Notes: generated from the sequence alone by a model not told the origin. A stretch of 64,000 bases of DNA from Polaromonas sp. 39-63-25 (GCF_002278925.1 NZ_NCJH01000003.1:96042-160041); one strand, 5' to 3'; shown: positions 49,833 to 60,517, numbered from the stretch's first letter. Translations and numbers: made by a program.

Positions 49833-50756
49833 TTATTTCTGCGGCGCGGGAGCCAGCGCTGCCAGCGCGGCGGCCAGCACAATCAGGCTGCCGCCCAGCA
49901 GCGTGCGCGGGCTGAATTCCGCTGCGCCCAGTGCGGCCGCCGACAGGCTGGCAAACAGAATTTCGGTCAGCATCACGAGTGCGGTGGTGCTGGCCGCCAG
50001 GCGCGCCGCGCCATACTGCAGCGCCATGTTGCTGAGCAGGAAGGCCACAGCCAGGCCCAGCGCGACGCCGGCCCACGAGGTGCTCCAGACCGGCGCCGGC
50101 ACGGTGTGCCAGGCCATGCCCAGCAATGCGGTGGCAGTGGCCATGAGGCCGCCACCGCCAAACATGGCCATCATGCGTGATTCACTGGGCGTGTACGCCA
50201 GCTTGCGCAGCAGCACGTTGGTGGCGGCAAAACTCAGGCCACCCATCAGGGCCAGCCAGTCGGCGGCACTGTGCGGCACCGGCCAGGGCGAGTCCGGCGA
50301 TTTCAGCACGATCAGCACACCTGCCATCGCCAGCACCAGGCGCAGCAGCGAAGCGCGGGTCGGTTTTTCTCCCAGCAGGCCCCAGGCCAGCAGCACGGAC
50401 CACGCCGGCATCAGGTAAAACAGCAGCACCACCCGAACCACGTCCCCGACGGTCACGGCCCAGTTGAAGCCGACGTTGGTCAGCCCGGCGGCGACGGCCA
50501 GCCACCAGAGCTGCGGATGCCGCGCGAAGCTGCGCCAGCCGCCGGGCCGCCATGCCGAGATGCAGGCCAGCGAAAAGAAGTAGATCAGCGCGGTGGACCA
50601 CAGGGGGTGCAGCCCCTGCGACTGCAGCTCGCGAAACGGCCACCAGGACACGCCCCAGACAAAGGCGTTGAAGACCAGTGCCGATGCGGCCAGGGCGGCG
50701 CCACGGGGGGTCACGGCTTTCGGCTCCGCGGGACCACGGCCTGGCCGCATGTCCAT
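49833..50756 (-). CDS. EamA/DMT-family transporter
   Basis: Ten hydrophobic segments, 'VVLLFYLMPAWSVLLAWGLLGEK'. Confidence 0.88.
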   Translation of the reverse strand: MDMRPGRGPAEPKAVTPRGAALAASALVFNAFVWGVSWWPFRELQSQGLHPLWSTALIYFFSLACISAWRPGGWRSFARHPQLWWLAVAAGLTNVGFNWAVTVGDVVRVVLLFYLMPAWSVLLAWGLLGEKPTRASLLRLVLAMAGVLIVLKSPDSPWPVPHSAADWLALMGGLSFAATNVLLRKLAYTPSESRMMAMFGGGGLMATATALLGMAWHTVPAPVWSTSWAGVALGLAVAFLLSNMALQYGAARLAASTTALVMLTEILFASLSAAALGAAEFSPRTLLGGSLIVLAAALAALAPAPQK

Positions 50757-50766
50757 GCCGGCCGCA

Positions 50767-52053
50767 TCAGTGCAATTTGTCGCTGCGCGCGATGGTCATC
50801 AGATGATCGATCTGCTCTTTGTATTTGATGCAGTTGCTTTTGTGCCAGCGCTGGATCAGCCACATGAAGCCGGCCACCACCACGCCAAAGGCGGTGATCG
50901 CGCCGAAGGCCGACAGGCCCATGCCGGTGGACAGGCTGTAGCCGGCACCCAGCGCCAGGATGCAGGCCTGCTCGTTGAAGTTCTGCACGGCGATGGAGCG
51001 GCCGGCGCCCATCAGGTTGTGGCCGCGGTGCTGCAGCAGCGCGTTCATCGGCACCACCAGGAAGCCGCCCAGGCCGCCCAGCAGAATCAGGAAGGGCGCG
51101 GCCACCCAGACATTGGTGATGAAATTCATCAGGATCACCAGCACGCCCATGGCGATGCCCAGCGGCATCACGCTGGTGGCGTGCTCCAGCCGCATGCGCA
51201 TGGACGCCAGGATGGCGCCAGCGGCGGTGCCAATGGCCACCACGCCCACCAGCGACGACGCCTGCGTGGTGCTGTAGCCCAGGGCCGCCGCGCTCCAGGC
51301 CAGCACGATGTAACGCAGGTTGCCCGACACGCCCCAGAACAGCGTGGTGGTCGCCAGCGAAATCTGGCCCAGCTTGTCGCGCCACAGCGCCGAGTTGCAG
51401 TTCCAGAAATCGGGCAGGAGTTCGAGCTTGTTGCGCGGCATCGGACGCATCTCCACGCCGGTCAGCGGAATGCGCGTATTGAACCAGGCGGCAATCGCAT
51501 ACAGGGTGATCAGCGCGCAGATGGCGGCTTCGGGCGGCGTGTCGATGCCGGTGCTGATGACGGGGAAGTCGAACGACAGCAGCAGGTGCGACACCGAATG
51601 GCCGACCAGCTGGCCGCCGAGCAGCACACCGAGGATGATGGAGGCAATCGTCAGGCCTTCGATCCAGCCGTTGGCCTTGACCAGCTGGGAGGCCGGCAAC
51701 AACTCGGTGAGGATGCCGTATTTGGCCGGGGAGTAGGCGGCAGCACCCAGGCCGACAATCGCGTAGGCCATCAAGGGGTGTGTGCCGAACAGCATCATCA
51801 GGCAGCCCACCACCTTGATGGCGTTGCTGATGAACATGACCTTGCCCTTGGGCTGCGCATCGGCAAAAGCGCCGACAAAGGGCGCCAGCACCACATAAAA
51901 CAGCGCAAACATCGGCACCAGCGCGGCCGGCTGCCATTTGGGCGCGCCACTGGTTCTGAGCAGCTCCACGGCGGCGACGAACAGCGCGTTATCAGCCAGC
52001 GAGCTGAAAAACTGGGCTGCCATGATGGTGTAAAAACCGCGCTTCAGCTTCAT
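50767..52053 (-). CDS. lplT: Lysophospholipid transporter (MFS)
   Basis: 'AQFFSSLADNAL', 'YSPAKYGILTELLP', 'KANGWIEGLTIASI', 'VPMNALLQHRG'; divergent from alr. Confidence 0.9.
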   Translation of the reverse strand: MKLKRGFYTIMAAQFFSSLADNALFVAAVELLRTSGAPKWQPAALVPMFALFYVVLAPFVGAFADAQPKGKVMFISNAIKVVGCLMMLFGTHPLMAYAIVGLGAAAYSPAKYGILTELLPASQLVKANGWIEGLTIASIILGVLLGGQLVGHSVSHLLLSFDFPVISTGIDTPPEAAICALITLYAIAAWFNTRIPLTGVEMRPMPRNKLELLPDFWNCNSALWRDKLGQISLATTTLFWGVSGNLRYIVLAWSAAALGYSTTQASSLVGVVAIGTAAGAILASMRMRLEHATSVMPLGIAMGVLVILMNFITNVWVAAPFLILLGGLGGFLVVPMNALLQHRGHNLMGAGRSIAVQNFNEQACILALGAGYSLSTGMGLSAFGAITAFGVVVAGFMWLIQRWHKSNCIKYKEQIDHLMTIARSDKLH

Positions 52054-52240
52054 TGAACGGTGTTGATCACTGTGGCGAATGCATCAGGCAGTCTGATGCG
52101 GCACGATAAAAGTGAATGTCTCCTGACTATCAAGGTTTATAGCACGCGGCAGGATGGCAGAATCGACAAATAGGTCTTGACAAGCCTGCGTTAACCCCCG
52201 CCCCGTCCTGTTCCCCCACTACCACGAGCCGTTTCCTGAC

Positions 52241-53335
52241 ATGCCCCGTCCCATTCTTGCCACCGTTCATGCCGCCGCCCTCAGCCACAACCTGGCGCGC
52301 GCCCGCGCTGCTGCGCCGGACGCCCGGGTCTGGGCCGTCGTCAAGGCCAATGCCTACGGCCACGGCATCGAGCGCGTGTTTGATGCATTGCGCAGCGCCG
52401 ACGGTTTCGCCCTGCTGGACCTGTCCGAGGCCCAGCGCCTGCGCGCGCTGGACTGGCGCGGCCCCATCCTGCTGCTGGAGGGTTGTTTTGACGCCCGCGA
52501 CCTCGAGCTGTGCTCACGCCTGGGCCTGTGGCACGCCATCCATTGCGACGAGCAGATCGACATACTGGCGGCCCACAAGACCCAGGTGCCGCACCGTGTC
52601 TTCCTCAAGATGAACTCGGGCATGAACCGCCTGGGCTTCACGCCCGAGCGTTACCGCGCGGCCTGGACGCGGCTCAACGCCTTGCCGCAGGTGGAAGAAA
52701 TTTCGCTGATGACCCATTTCAGCGACGCCGACGGCGCGCGCGGGATAACCCACCAGCTGCAGGTTTTCGAGGCGGTCACGCACGACCTGCCCGGCGAGCG
52801 CACGCTCAGCAACAGCGCGGCCACTCTGCGCCATGGCCTGGCCATCGGCGAGAAGTCCGACTGGGTGCGGCCCGGCATCGCGGTGTATGGCAGTTCGCCC
52901 GATTTCCCCGAGCACAGTGCCGCCGACTGGGGCTTGCTGCCGACCATGACGCTGGCGTCGAAAATCATTGGTGTGCAACAGCTGGTGGCGGGCGACACGG
53001 TGGGTTACGGCTCCAGCTTCACCGCCGACGGCCCCCTGCGCATCGGCGTCGTGGCCTGCGGTTATGCCGACGGCTACCCCCGGCACTGCACGACGGGCAC
53101 ACCGGTGCTGGTTCACGGCGTGCGCACACGCATGGTGGGCCGCGTCAGCATGGACATGATCACGGTGGACCTGACACCGGTGCCCGATGCCGGCATGGGG
53201 TCGGACATCACCTTGTGGGGGCGCGCGTCCAACGGCGCCTTGTTGTCGATCGACGAGATCGCAGCGGCTGCGGGCACGGTCGGTTATGAGTTGATGTGTG
53301 CCGTGGCAGCACGCGTGCCATTTCAGGTCGATTGA
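52241..53335 (+). CDS. alr: Alanine racemase
   Basis: PLP Lys '[11 protein letters not shown]', 'GMNRLGF', 'VRPGIAVYG', 'GYADGY', 'GRVSMD'. Confidence 0.96.
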   Translation: MPRPILATVHAAALSHNLARARAAAPDARVWAVVKANAYGHGIERVFDALRSADGFALLDLSEAQRLRALDWRGPILLLEGCFDARDLELCSRLGLWHAIHCDEQIDILAAHKTQVPHRVFLKMNSGMNRLGFTPERYRAAWTRLNALPQVEEISLMTHFSDADGARGITHQLQVFEAVTHDLPGERTLSNSAATLRHGLAIGEKSDWVRPGIAVYGSSPDFPEHSAADWGLLPTMTLASKIIGVQQLVAGDTVGYGSSFTADGPLRIGVVACGYADGYPRHCTTGTPVLVHGVRTRMVGRVSMDMITVDLTPVPDAGMGSDITLWGRASNGALLSIDEIAAAAGTVGYELMCAVAARVPFQVD

Positions 53336-53365
53336 GCGGCAGCGCGTTGTCCGCTGAGCTGATGC

Positions 53366-54268
53366 TCAACGCTTGCGCAATCCCAGCACCATCACCGCGC
53401 CCACCACCAGCAGCGCGCCGGCCACCTGCACCGGCGCAATCGCCTGACCCAGAATCAGCCAGGCCAGCACCAGCGCAAACACCGGCTCCACATTCATGAT
53501 GGCCGAGTTGCCGACCACGCCCAGTTTGGGCAGCACGGTGAACATGATGGTGAAGGCCGTGCCGTACAGAAAGGTCAGCGCAGCCAGGCCCCACCAGCCG
53601 ATGGCCGCCTGCGGCAAATGGAAGCCGCCCTGCACGGCCACGCCCGCCAGCGCGAACAGGCCGACGATGCTCATGGTGGTCAGGGTGCGCACACGGCCAT
53701 CGACGTCGCCGGCCTCGTGCTGGGTCAGCACCAGCGCCACGCCAAACGTGGCCGCCGCCGCCAGCGCAAAGGCCACGCCGGTGCCGATGCGGCCCCATTG
53801 CCCGGCCGCGCCCAGGCCCGAAGCGGCGCCCAGCACGTCGAGCGCCAGCGCCAGCCCGATCAGGATCACCGGCATGGCCAGCAGCAGGGCGCGTTCGGGC
53901 GAGCGGCGGTACAGCACCCAGTCCCACAGCGCCGTCCAGATCGGGTAGGTGTTGAAGGCCAGCAGCGCCAGCGCCACCGGCAGCCGCGCCACGGCCGAAT
54001 ACAGGCACAGGCTTTGCACGGCGATCAACAGGCCGATGACCGGCAGGATGCGTTTGTTGCGTGCGGTGAAGCGCAGCGGCACACGCTGGGTGGCCAGCAG
54101 GGCCGCCACCGCCAGGGCAGTGACCACGCTGCGGAAGGCCACCGCTGTGGCCACGTCCACGCCGTTGTTGAAGGCCAGGCGCGCCGCCACGTGGTTGGCG
54201 CCCATCATCAGCGCGATCAGCAGCAGGGTGGCAAAGGCGGCGCCGCTCAGGGCCCGGCGGGTGCTCAT
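53366..54268 (-). CDS. EamA/DMT-family transporter
   Basis: Hydrophobic duplicated EamA pattern; ATGA-coupled to the upstream reductase. Confidence 0.85.
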   Translation of the reverse strand: MSTRRALSGAAFATLLLIALMMGANHVAARLAFNNGVDVATAVAFRSVVTALAVAALLATQRVPLRFTARNKRILPVIGLLIAVQSLCLYSAVARLPVALALLAFNTYPIWTALWDWVLYRRSPERALLLAMPVILIGLALALDVLGAASGLGAAGQWGRIGTGVAFALAAAATFGVALVLTQHEAGDVDGRVRTLTTMSIVGLFALAGVAVQGGFHLPQAAIGWWGLAALTFLYGTAFTIMFTVLPKLGVVGNSAIMNVEPVFALVLAWLILGQAIAPVQVAGALLVVGAVMVLGLRKR

Positions 54269-55260
54269 GGGTACAGCCCATGAACACGGGCGTGCAGGCG
54301 CGCCAGGCCGAGCAGCGCGTCGGTGAAGGGGGTGGGTACCTGCGTCAGTTTGCCCAGTTCCTTCACCACGGTGACCAGGGCGTCGAGCTCGACCGCCTTG
54401 CCGGCTTCCACGTCCTGCAGCATGGAGGTTTTGAAGGCGCCGAGCTTGAGTGTCACCGCGTGCCGGTCTTCCGGCTGCTGGGCGATCGGGATGCCGATGC
54501 GTGCGCCTATCTCTTTGGCTTCGAGCATGATCTTCGAGATGAAATCGCGCACCAGCTCGTCGCCGAGGATGCGGTCGGTGGTGGCGCCGGTGAAGGCGCT
54601 GATCGGATTGACCGTCATGTTGCCCCAGAGTTTGTACCAGGCGTCTTTCTGGATCTGCGCCGACACGCTGGCCGCAAAGCCGGCGCGCACCAGCAGCTCC
54701 GCCAGCGCCTGCACACGTGGGCTCTGCGCGCCCGAAGGCTCGCCGATGATGAGGCCGTTGCCGAAATGGTGGCGAATCACGCCGGGTGCATCGACCGAGC
54801 AACTCGCATGCACCACACAGCCGATGATGTTCGCCGCCGGAATGGCCGCGGCAATCTCGCCGGTGGCGTCCACCGCTTTCAGTTGTGTGCCGGCGTAGGG
54901 GCCGCCAAAACCCTGGAAGAACCACCAGGGCACGCCGTTCATCGCTGTCAGGACGAGGGTGTCGGGGCCGATGAGCGGTGCGATCTGGCGTGCCACGTCG
55001 AGCAGTGCGGGTGCTTTCACCGCGATGACCACCAGGTCCTGCACGCCCAGCGCGGCCGGGTCGGCGCTGGTTTGCACGGCCGCGGAGTGGATGTCTGTTC
55101 CGCTTGCCACACGCAGGCCGTGGCGGTTCAGCGCTTCCAGCGTTGCGCCACGCGCCACCACGCTAACGCTGCAGCCTGCCGCCGCGAGTCCGGCGCCTAT
55201 CCAGCCACCGATGGCACCGGCGCCGTAGATACACGCTTTGTTGATGGTTTTATGAGTCAT
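54265..55260 (-). CDS. PanE/ApbA-family NAD(P)-dependent reductase
   Basis: 'GAGAIGG', 'AMNGVPWWFF', 'KLWGNMTVNP', 'KTSMLQDVEAGKAVE'. Confidence 0.88.
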   Translation of the reverse strand: MTHKTINKACIYGAGAIGGWIGAGLAAAGCSVSVVARGATLEALNRHGLRVASGTDIHSAAVQTSADPAALGVQDLVVIAVKAPALLDVARQIAPLIGPDTLVLTAMNGVPWWFFQGFGGPYAGTQLKAVDATGEIAAAIPAANIIGCVVHASCSVDAPGVIRHHFGNGLIIGEPSGAQSPRVQALAELLVRAGFAASVSAQIQKDAWYKLWGNMTVNPISAFTGATTDRILGDELVRDFISKIMLEAKEIGARIGIPIAQQPEDRHAVTLKLGAFKTSMLQDVEAGKAVELDALVTVVKELGKLTQVPTPFTDALLGLARLHARVHGLYP

Positions 55261-55312
55261 TTTGGCTTCCAGCCCTTTGTTGACGCGCGCAAGGCGCTCT
55301 AGTTTTGATAGC
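55250..55312 (-). repeat. Family B repeat supplying the aldolase stop and the PanE-like start
   Basis: Minus strand: GCTATCAAAACTAGAGC-gcctt-GCGC-N11-GGGCTGGAAGCCAAAATGACTC. Confidence 0.85.
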
Positions 55313-56069
55313 TGTTGTCGATCCGGTCGACCTGCCGCACCAGCGCGTCAAAGACATCCTGGCCGGCGCCGTAGGCCGGCTGGAACTGCAGCGCGTCGCG
55401 CGTGGATTTCTGCGCCACGGCTTCTGTCACCGCAATCGCCGGGCCCATGCTGAAGGTGGCCAGCTGGATTTCGCAGGCACGCTGCAACGTCCACAAAATG
55501 GCAAAGGTCTGCGGCAGGGCGTGGCCCCAGGTCAGCAGGCCGTGGTTGCGCAAGATCACTGCCTGCCGCGTGCCGATGTTGTTGACCAGGCGCGGGCCTT
55601 CCTCGGCGTGGATGGTGATGCCTTCGAAGTCGTGGTAGGCCACCTTGTCATGCAGCTGGGCCGTGTAGAAGTTGGTCTGCTGCAGGCCGCCCTGCAGGCA
55701 GGCGACCGCCACGCCGGCGGTGGTGTGGGTGTGCATCACGCAGTGCGCATCGGGCAGGCCGTCATGAATCGCCGCATGCACGGTGAAACCGGCCGGATTG
55801 ACCCGGTGTGTCGAGCCGTCCAGCACCTTGCCCTGCAGGTCGATCTTCACCAGGTTGGAAGCGGTGACTTCGCTGTAGTGCAGGCCGAAGGGGTTGATCA
55901 GAAACTGCTTGTTCCCACCGGTGACGCTGTCCGGCAGCCGCACCGTGATGTGGTTGTAGATCATCTCGGTCCAGCCGAGCATGGCAAACACGCGGTAACA
56001 GGCGGCCAGCTCGACGCGGGTTTTCCATTCGTCGGGATGTATCCCGGGTTTTTGCAGGACGGCGTTCAT
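55299..56069 (-). CDS. Class II aldolase/adducin family protein
   Basis: 'YNHITVR', 'LINPFG', 'HAAIH', 'MHTHT', 'LRNHG' metal-binding pattern. Confidence 0.9.
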   Translation of the reverse strand: MNAVLQKPGIHPDEWKTRVELAACYRVFAMLGWTEMIYNHITVRLPDSVTGGNKQFLINPFGLHYSEVTASNLVKIDLQGKVLDGSTHRVNPAGFTVHAAIHDGLPDAHCVMHTHTTAGVAVACLQGGLQQTNFYTAQLHDKVAYHDFEGITIHAEEGPRLVNNIGTRQAVILRNHGLLTWGHALPQTFAILWTLQRACEIQLATFSMGPAIAVTEAVAQKSTRDALQFQPAYGAGQDVFDALVRQVDRIDNSYQN

Positions 56070-56082
56070 GGGGAGTCTCCAG

Positions 56083-56892
56083 TCAATAGGTTTTGCTGAC
56101 GGGCGCGGGCGCGACGGCTGCCCTGAAAGCGGCGGCCAGGGCGCTGGTGGCCCGGACCAGCAGATGGGTGTCCAGCCCCACGGCCACAAAGGTGGCACCC
56201 AGAGCCAGGTACTTGCGCGCCGTGGCTTCATCGGGCGTCAGGATGCCGGCGGCTTTGCCCGCCTTGTTGATGCGCGTGATGGCGTCGGCAATCGCTGCCT
56301 GCACCTCGGGATGGGCCGGGTTGCCCACATGGCCCATGGACGCAGACAGGTCGGCCGGGCCGATGAAGACACCATCCACACCGTCCACGGCGGCAATGGC
56401 GTCCAGGTTGTCCAGCGCCAGCTGTGTTTCTGCCTGCACCAGCAGGCAGACCTGTGCATTGGCTTCATGCGCGTACTGCGGGTAACGGCCCCAGCGCGAA
56501 GCGCGCGCGCCGCCCATGCCGCGTATGCCTTGCGGCGGGTAACGGCTAGCCCGGACCAGCGCAGCGGCTTGCGCGGGTGTGTCCACCATGGGCACCAGCA
56601 AGGTCTGCACGCCGATGTCCAGGTACTGCTTGATCAGCGCTTCGCCGACATGGCCGTGGCCCATGGGCACCCGTGCGATCGCGTGCGAGCCCGGGTAGCC
56701 GGCCATCACCTGCAGCTGGGCCAGGATGCTGTTGATGTCGTTGGGGGCATGTTCGCCGTCGATCAGCAGCCAGTCAAAACCGGCACCGGCGCAGATCTCG
56801 GTGCTGTAGGGGCTGGCCAGGCCCAGCCAGAGGCCGATCTGCGCGCGCTTGTCGGCCAGGGCCTGCTTGAAGGGATTCAGGGGTGTTTGCAT
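56083..56892 (-). CDS. hpaI: 4-hydroxy-2-oxoheptanedioate aldolase (HpcH/HpaI)
   Basis: '[15 protein letters not shown]', 'VQAET', '[12 protein letters not shown]'. Confidence 0.9.
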   Translation of the reverse strand: MQTPLNPFKQALADKRAQIGLWLGLASPYSTEICAGAGFDWLLIDGEHAPNDINSILAQLQVMAGYPGSHAIARVPMGHGHVGEALIKQYLDIGVQTLLVPMVDTPAQAAALVRASRYPPQGIRGMGGARASRWGRYPQYAHEANAQVCLLVQAETQLALDNLDAIAAVDGVDGVFIGPADLSASMGHVGNPAHPEVQAAIADAITRINKAGKAAGILTPDEATARKYLALGATFVAVGLDTHLLVRATSALAAAFRAAVAPAPVSKTY

Positions 56893-56901
56893 GGGGTGTC
56901 T

Positions 56902-57702
56902 TTAAACAAAGTGAAATTCAAAACGACCGAGGGGTCCGTAGTCGGCGTCGAAACGGTCACCGGCTTTCGCGGCGACCGGCCGGGTGAAGGAGCCTGCCAG
57001 CACGACATCGCCGGCTTGCAGGCATTCGCCCCAGGGGGCGAGTTTCATGGCCAGCCAGGCGACACCAATGGCCGGGTGGCCCTGCACGCCGGCGGCCAGG
57101 CCGGTTTCCTCGACCACGCCATTCTGGCGCAGGATGGTGCCGACCCAGGGCAGGTCGACGTCGTGCGGCGACACCTTGCGGCCGCCCAGCACGATGCCGG
57201 CATTGGCGGCGTTGTCGCTGATGGTGTCCTGAACCTTGCGCATGGCTTTGCTGTGGCGGTCGAACTGCTCGATGCGTGCGTCGATGATCTCGATCGCGGG
57301 CTGCACATAATCGGTGGCGTCCAGCACATCGTCCACGGTGATGTGTGTGCCTTCCAGTTTTTTCTTCAGCACAAAGGCCAGCTCCACTTCCACGCGCGGC
57401 GCGATGAAGCGGGCTGCCGGAATGTCGCCGGGTTCGAAAAACATGTCGTCCAGCAGCGTGCCGTAGTCGGGCGAGTCGATCTGGCTGGAGATCTGCATCG
57501 CGCGCGAGGTCAGGCCGATCTTGTGGCCCCTCGCCACACGCCCCCCGGTGATTTTCATTTGCACCCAGGCGCGCGAAATCGCATAGCCGTCCTCGACGGT
57601 CATGCCGGGGTAACGTTTTGAAAAATGCTCGACCTGCACGCGGGTCTTCTCGCTGTGGTCCAGTTCGGCGGCCAGCTGGGCAATCAGTTCCGGGCTGAAC
57701 AT
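56902..57702 (-). CDS. hpaH: 2-oxo-hept-4-ene-1,7-dioate hydratase
   Basis: '[12 protein letters not shown]', 'PRVEVELAF', '[11 protein letters not shown]', 'LAGSFTRP'. Confidence 0.92.
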   Translation of the reverse strand: MFSPELIAQLAAELDHSEKTRVQVEHFSKRYPGMTVEDGYAISRAWVQMKITGGRVARGHKIGLTSRAMQISSQIDSPDYGTLLDDMFFEPGDIPAARFIAPRVEVELAFVLKKKLEGTHITVDDVLDATDYVQPAIEIIDARIEQFDRHSKAMRKVQDTISDNAANAGIVLGGRKVSPHDVDLPWVGTILRQNGVVEETGLAAGVQGHPAIGVAWLAMKLAPWGECLQAGDVVLAGSFTRPVAAKAGDRFDADYGPLGRFEFHFV

Positions 57703-57704
57703 GG

Positions 57705-58112
57705 TCAGGTTTTCTGGAAGAGGGGATGGAGGTTGCTGTGTTTGCCGTCGTAGACCTGGCCGGGGCTTTCGTCCAGCTGCAGCGTGATGCCGATCAGCCG
57801 GTCCTTCATCAAGGGGTCAAAATGGGCCGTAGCGAGCGCCAGCAAAGCGTCTCCAGCTCTCTTTTTGGTAGCGTTCGAGCGGCCGGCAGCCATGCGCAGA
57901 TTCAGGTAAACAAAGCCGTAGTCCCGCTTCCCGTCCGCCACCGCGTAATGCGCGGCCGGGTAGGCCAGCACCCGCGTGCCGCCGGTGGGGAAGACCTGTT
58001 TGCCCTCCTCGTCTTTCACGGCCAGCATGGTGCCCGCCAGCGCGCGGCACAGTGCCGTCATGTCGGTGGCGGTCTCGAGGTTGGGGGTGTAGAGGATGAC
58101 GAGGTGTGGCAT
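57705..58112 (-). CDS. hpaF: 5-carboxymethyl-2-hydroxymuconate isomerase
   Basis: N-terminal 'MPH', 'VFPTGGTRV', 'LRMAAGRS', 'KHSNLH'. Confidence 0.9.
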   Translation of the reverse strand: MPHLVILYTPNLETATDMTALCRALAGTMLAVKDEEGKQVFPTGGTRVLAYPAAHYAVADGKRDYGFVYLNLRMAAGRSNATKKRAGDALLALATAHFDPLMKDRLIGITLQLDESPGQVYDGKHSNLHPLFQKT

Positions 58113-58124
58113 TGTCTTGTTTGG

Positions 58125-59048
58125 TCAGAGCCGGCTCACGGCCTGGTAGCCGTGCGCGGACGAGGCCTGCGCGGCGGGAATGGCGGCGCCGGTTTGCGGC
58201 GTGACCGGGAACACCGCGTTGATCTGCCCGGTGCCCGAAGCGCCGAAGTAGGGCGTGATGACCTCGGCCTGAGCGTCGTAGTCTGACCAGCCCAAGGCGC
58301 CCAGCAGCATGGCGGTGTCATGCATGAAACCTTCGCCGTGGCCTTTGGCCGCGTATTCGGGCAGCATCGCGCAGAACGCTTTCCAGTCGCCGCGCTGCCA
58401 CATGCGCACCACCTCATGGTCCAGCGTTTCGAGGAAGGGGCTCCAGACCTTGAATGCGTAGTCGGGCGCCAGGCCGTTCTGCGCAAAACGGTGCGACAGC
58501 GAGCCGCTCGCAAAAAAGGCCACGGTGCCGTCGTACTCATCTTCAATCGCGCGGCGCATGGCCCAGCCCAGGCGCGCGCTGTCGTTGAGGTAATGCGCCT
58601 GGCACAGCGCCGAGACCGACACCACCTTGTAGTGCTGGTCGGCATTCATGTAACGCATGGGCACGAGCGTGCCGTACTCCGGGTTCAGCGTGGTGGCGTC
58701 GTGCGCCAGCGTTTCCACGCCATGCGCATTGCAGACCCTGGCCAGCAGCTGACCCAGCGCCGGGTTGCCCGGGAACTCGAAACCCATGTTGCTGATGAAG
58801 TGCGGCAGCTCGTTGCTGGTGTACAGGCCCTTGAAGTGCGGCGCGCAGTTGATGTGGTAATTCGCGTTGACCAGCCAGTGCGTGTCGAACACCACCAGGG
58901 TGTCCACGCCGAGAGCGCGGCAACGCCGGTCGATTTCCAGGTGGCCGTCAATCGCGTCCTGCCGCGTGCCTTTGCGCGGGCCGTCCAGCTCGCTGAGGTA
59001 CATCGAAGGCACGTGCGTGATTTTGGCGGCGAGGGCCAGTGTTCCCAT
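58125..59048 (-). CDS. hpaD: Homoprotocatechuate 2,3-dioxygenase (LigB-type)
   Basis: 'AAKITHVPSMYLSE', 'VFDTHWLVN', 'SGSLSHRF', 'GEGFMHDT'. Confidence 0.93.
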   Translation of the reverse strand: MGTLALAAKITHVPSMYLSELDGPRKGTRQDAIDGHLEIDRRCRALGVDTLVVFDTHWLVNANYHINCAPHFKGLYTSNELPHFISNMGFEFPGNPALGQLLARVCNAHGVETLAHDATTLNPEYGTLVPMRYMNADQHYKVVSVSALCQAHYLNDSARLGWAMRRAIEDEYDGTVAFFASGSLSHRFAQNGLAPDYAFKVWSPFLETLDHEVVRMWQRGDWKAFCAMLPEYAAKGHGEGFMHDTAMLLGALGWSDYDAQAEVITPYFGASGTGQINAVFPVTPQTGAAIPAAQASSAHGYQAVSRL

Positions 59049-59050
59049 GC

Positions 59051-60517
59051 TCAGACTCCCCAATGCGGAATGTGATGGCTACCGAGCGAAACCGCCACGT
59101 TCTTCGGCTCGCAGAACACTTCGTAACTCCAGGTGCCGCCTTCGCGGCCGGTGCCCGAGGCCTTGGTGCCGCCGAAGGGCTGGCGCAGGTCGCGCACGTT
59201 CTGGCTGTTCACGAAACACATGCCAGCCTCGACCGCTGCGGCCACCCGGTGGGCGCGGCCGAGGTTCTCGGTCCAGACATAACTCGACAGGCCGTACTGG
59301 GTGTCGTTGGCCAGGCGGATTGCGTCGGCTTCATCCTTGAACGGGATCAGGCACGCCACCGGGCCGAAGATTTCTTCCTGCGCGATGCGCATGCGGTTGT
59401 CGACGTCGGCAAACACCGTGGGCAGCACGTAGTTGCCATTTTTCACCCGCTCCGGCAGGTCCGGTGTGCCCAGCCCGCCGCACAGCAAGGTGGCGCCTTC
59501 TTTCGGGCCGAGTTCGATGTAGCTGCGCACCTTGGCCAGATGGCCCTGCGAAATCATGGGGCCGATGGTGGTGGCTTCGTCGAGCGGGTCGCCGACCTTG
59601 ATGCGTTTGGCGCGTTCCACGAATTTGGCTGCGAAGTCGGCGTAAATCGATTGCTGCACCAGGATGCGGCTGCCGGCGGTGCAGCGCTCGCCGTTGTTGG
59701 AGAAAATCATGAAGATCGCGGCGTCGAGTGCCCGCTCGAGGTTCGCGTCCTCAAAAATCACAAACGGTGATTTGCCGCCCAGCTCCATGCTGAATTTTTT
59801 CAGGCCGGCGGCCTGCACGATGCGGTTGCCGGTGGCAGTCGATCCGGTGAACGAGATGGCACGCACGTCAGGGTGGCGGCACAGCGGCTCGCCGGCGTCC
59901 TTGCCGTAGCCGTGCACGATGTTGAGCACGCCGGGCGGAATGCCGGCTTCCAGCGCCAGCTCCCCCAGGCGCGCGGCTGTCATCGGCGAGAGTTCGCTCA
60001 TCTTCAGCACCGCGGTGTTGCCAAAAGCCAGGCAAGGCGCAACCTTCCAGGTGGCCGTCATGAAGGGCACGTTCCACGGCGAGATCAGTGCGCAGACGCC
60101 GGTCGGGTGGTACAGCGTGTAGTTCAGGTGCGTCTCGGTCGGGTAGGTGTGGCCATCGACCCGCGTGCACATCTCGGCAAAGTAATAGAAGTTGTCGGCC
60201 GCGCGCGGGATCAGCTGCTTGCCGGTCTGCGCAATCACCTGGCCACAGTCGTTGGTCTCCATCTGCGCGATCTCGGGCACATGTGCGGCGATCAGGTCGC
60301 CGAGCTTGCGGACCAGTTTGGCGCGCTGCGGTGCCGGCATGCCGGCCCACTTCGGAAAGGCCTCTTTCGCAGCGGCCACGGCGGCGTTGACTTCGGCTTC
60401 GCCGCCAGCAGCCACTTCGGCCAGCACGTCCTGAGTGGCGGGGTTGACGGTCTCGAAGTAGCTGCTGCCGGCGACGGCCCGGCCATTGATGAGGTGATCT
60501 ATTTTTGTCATGGTCAT
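59051..60517 (-). CDS. hpaE: 5-carboxymethyl-2-hydroxymuconate semialdehyde dehydrogenase
   Basis: ALDH motifs 'SPWNVPF', 'FTGSTATG', 'ELGGKSP', 'GERCTAG', 'EEIFGPV'; 'YTLYHPTGV'. Confidence 0.93.
   Translation of the reverse strand: MTMTKIDHLINGRAVAGSSYFETVNPATQDVLAEVAAGGEAEVNAAVAAAKEAFPKWAGMPAPQRAKLVRKLGDLIAAHVPEIAQMETNDCGQVIAQTGKQLIPRAADNFYYFAEMCTRVDGHTYPTETHLNYTLYHPTGVCALISPWNVPFMTATWKVAPCLAFGNTAVLKMSELSPMTAARLGELALEAGIPPGVLNIVHGYGKDAGEPLCRHPDVRAISFTGSTATGNRIVQAAGLKKFSMELGGKSPFVIFEDANLERALDAAIFMIFSNNGERCTAGSRILVQQSIYADFAAKFVERAKRIKVGDPLDEATTIGPMISQGHLAKVRSYIELGPKEGATLLCGGLGTPDLPERVKNGNYVLPTVFADVDNRMRIAQEEIFGPVACLIPFKDEADAIRLANDTQYGLSSYVWTENLGRAHRVAAAVEAGMCFVNSQNVRDLRQPFGGTKASGTGREGGTWSYEVFCEPKNVAVSLGSHHIPHWGV

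Noticed and set aside
52125-52143. ACTATCAAGGTTTATAGC resembling a family B head in the lplT/alr divergent region
   Set aside because: There is no GCGC-N11-GGGC body in either orientation; more likely promoter sequence.
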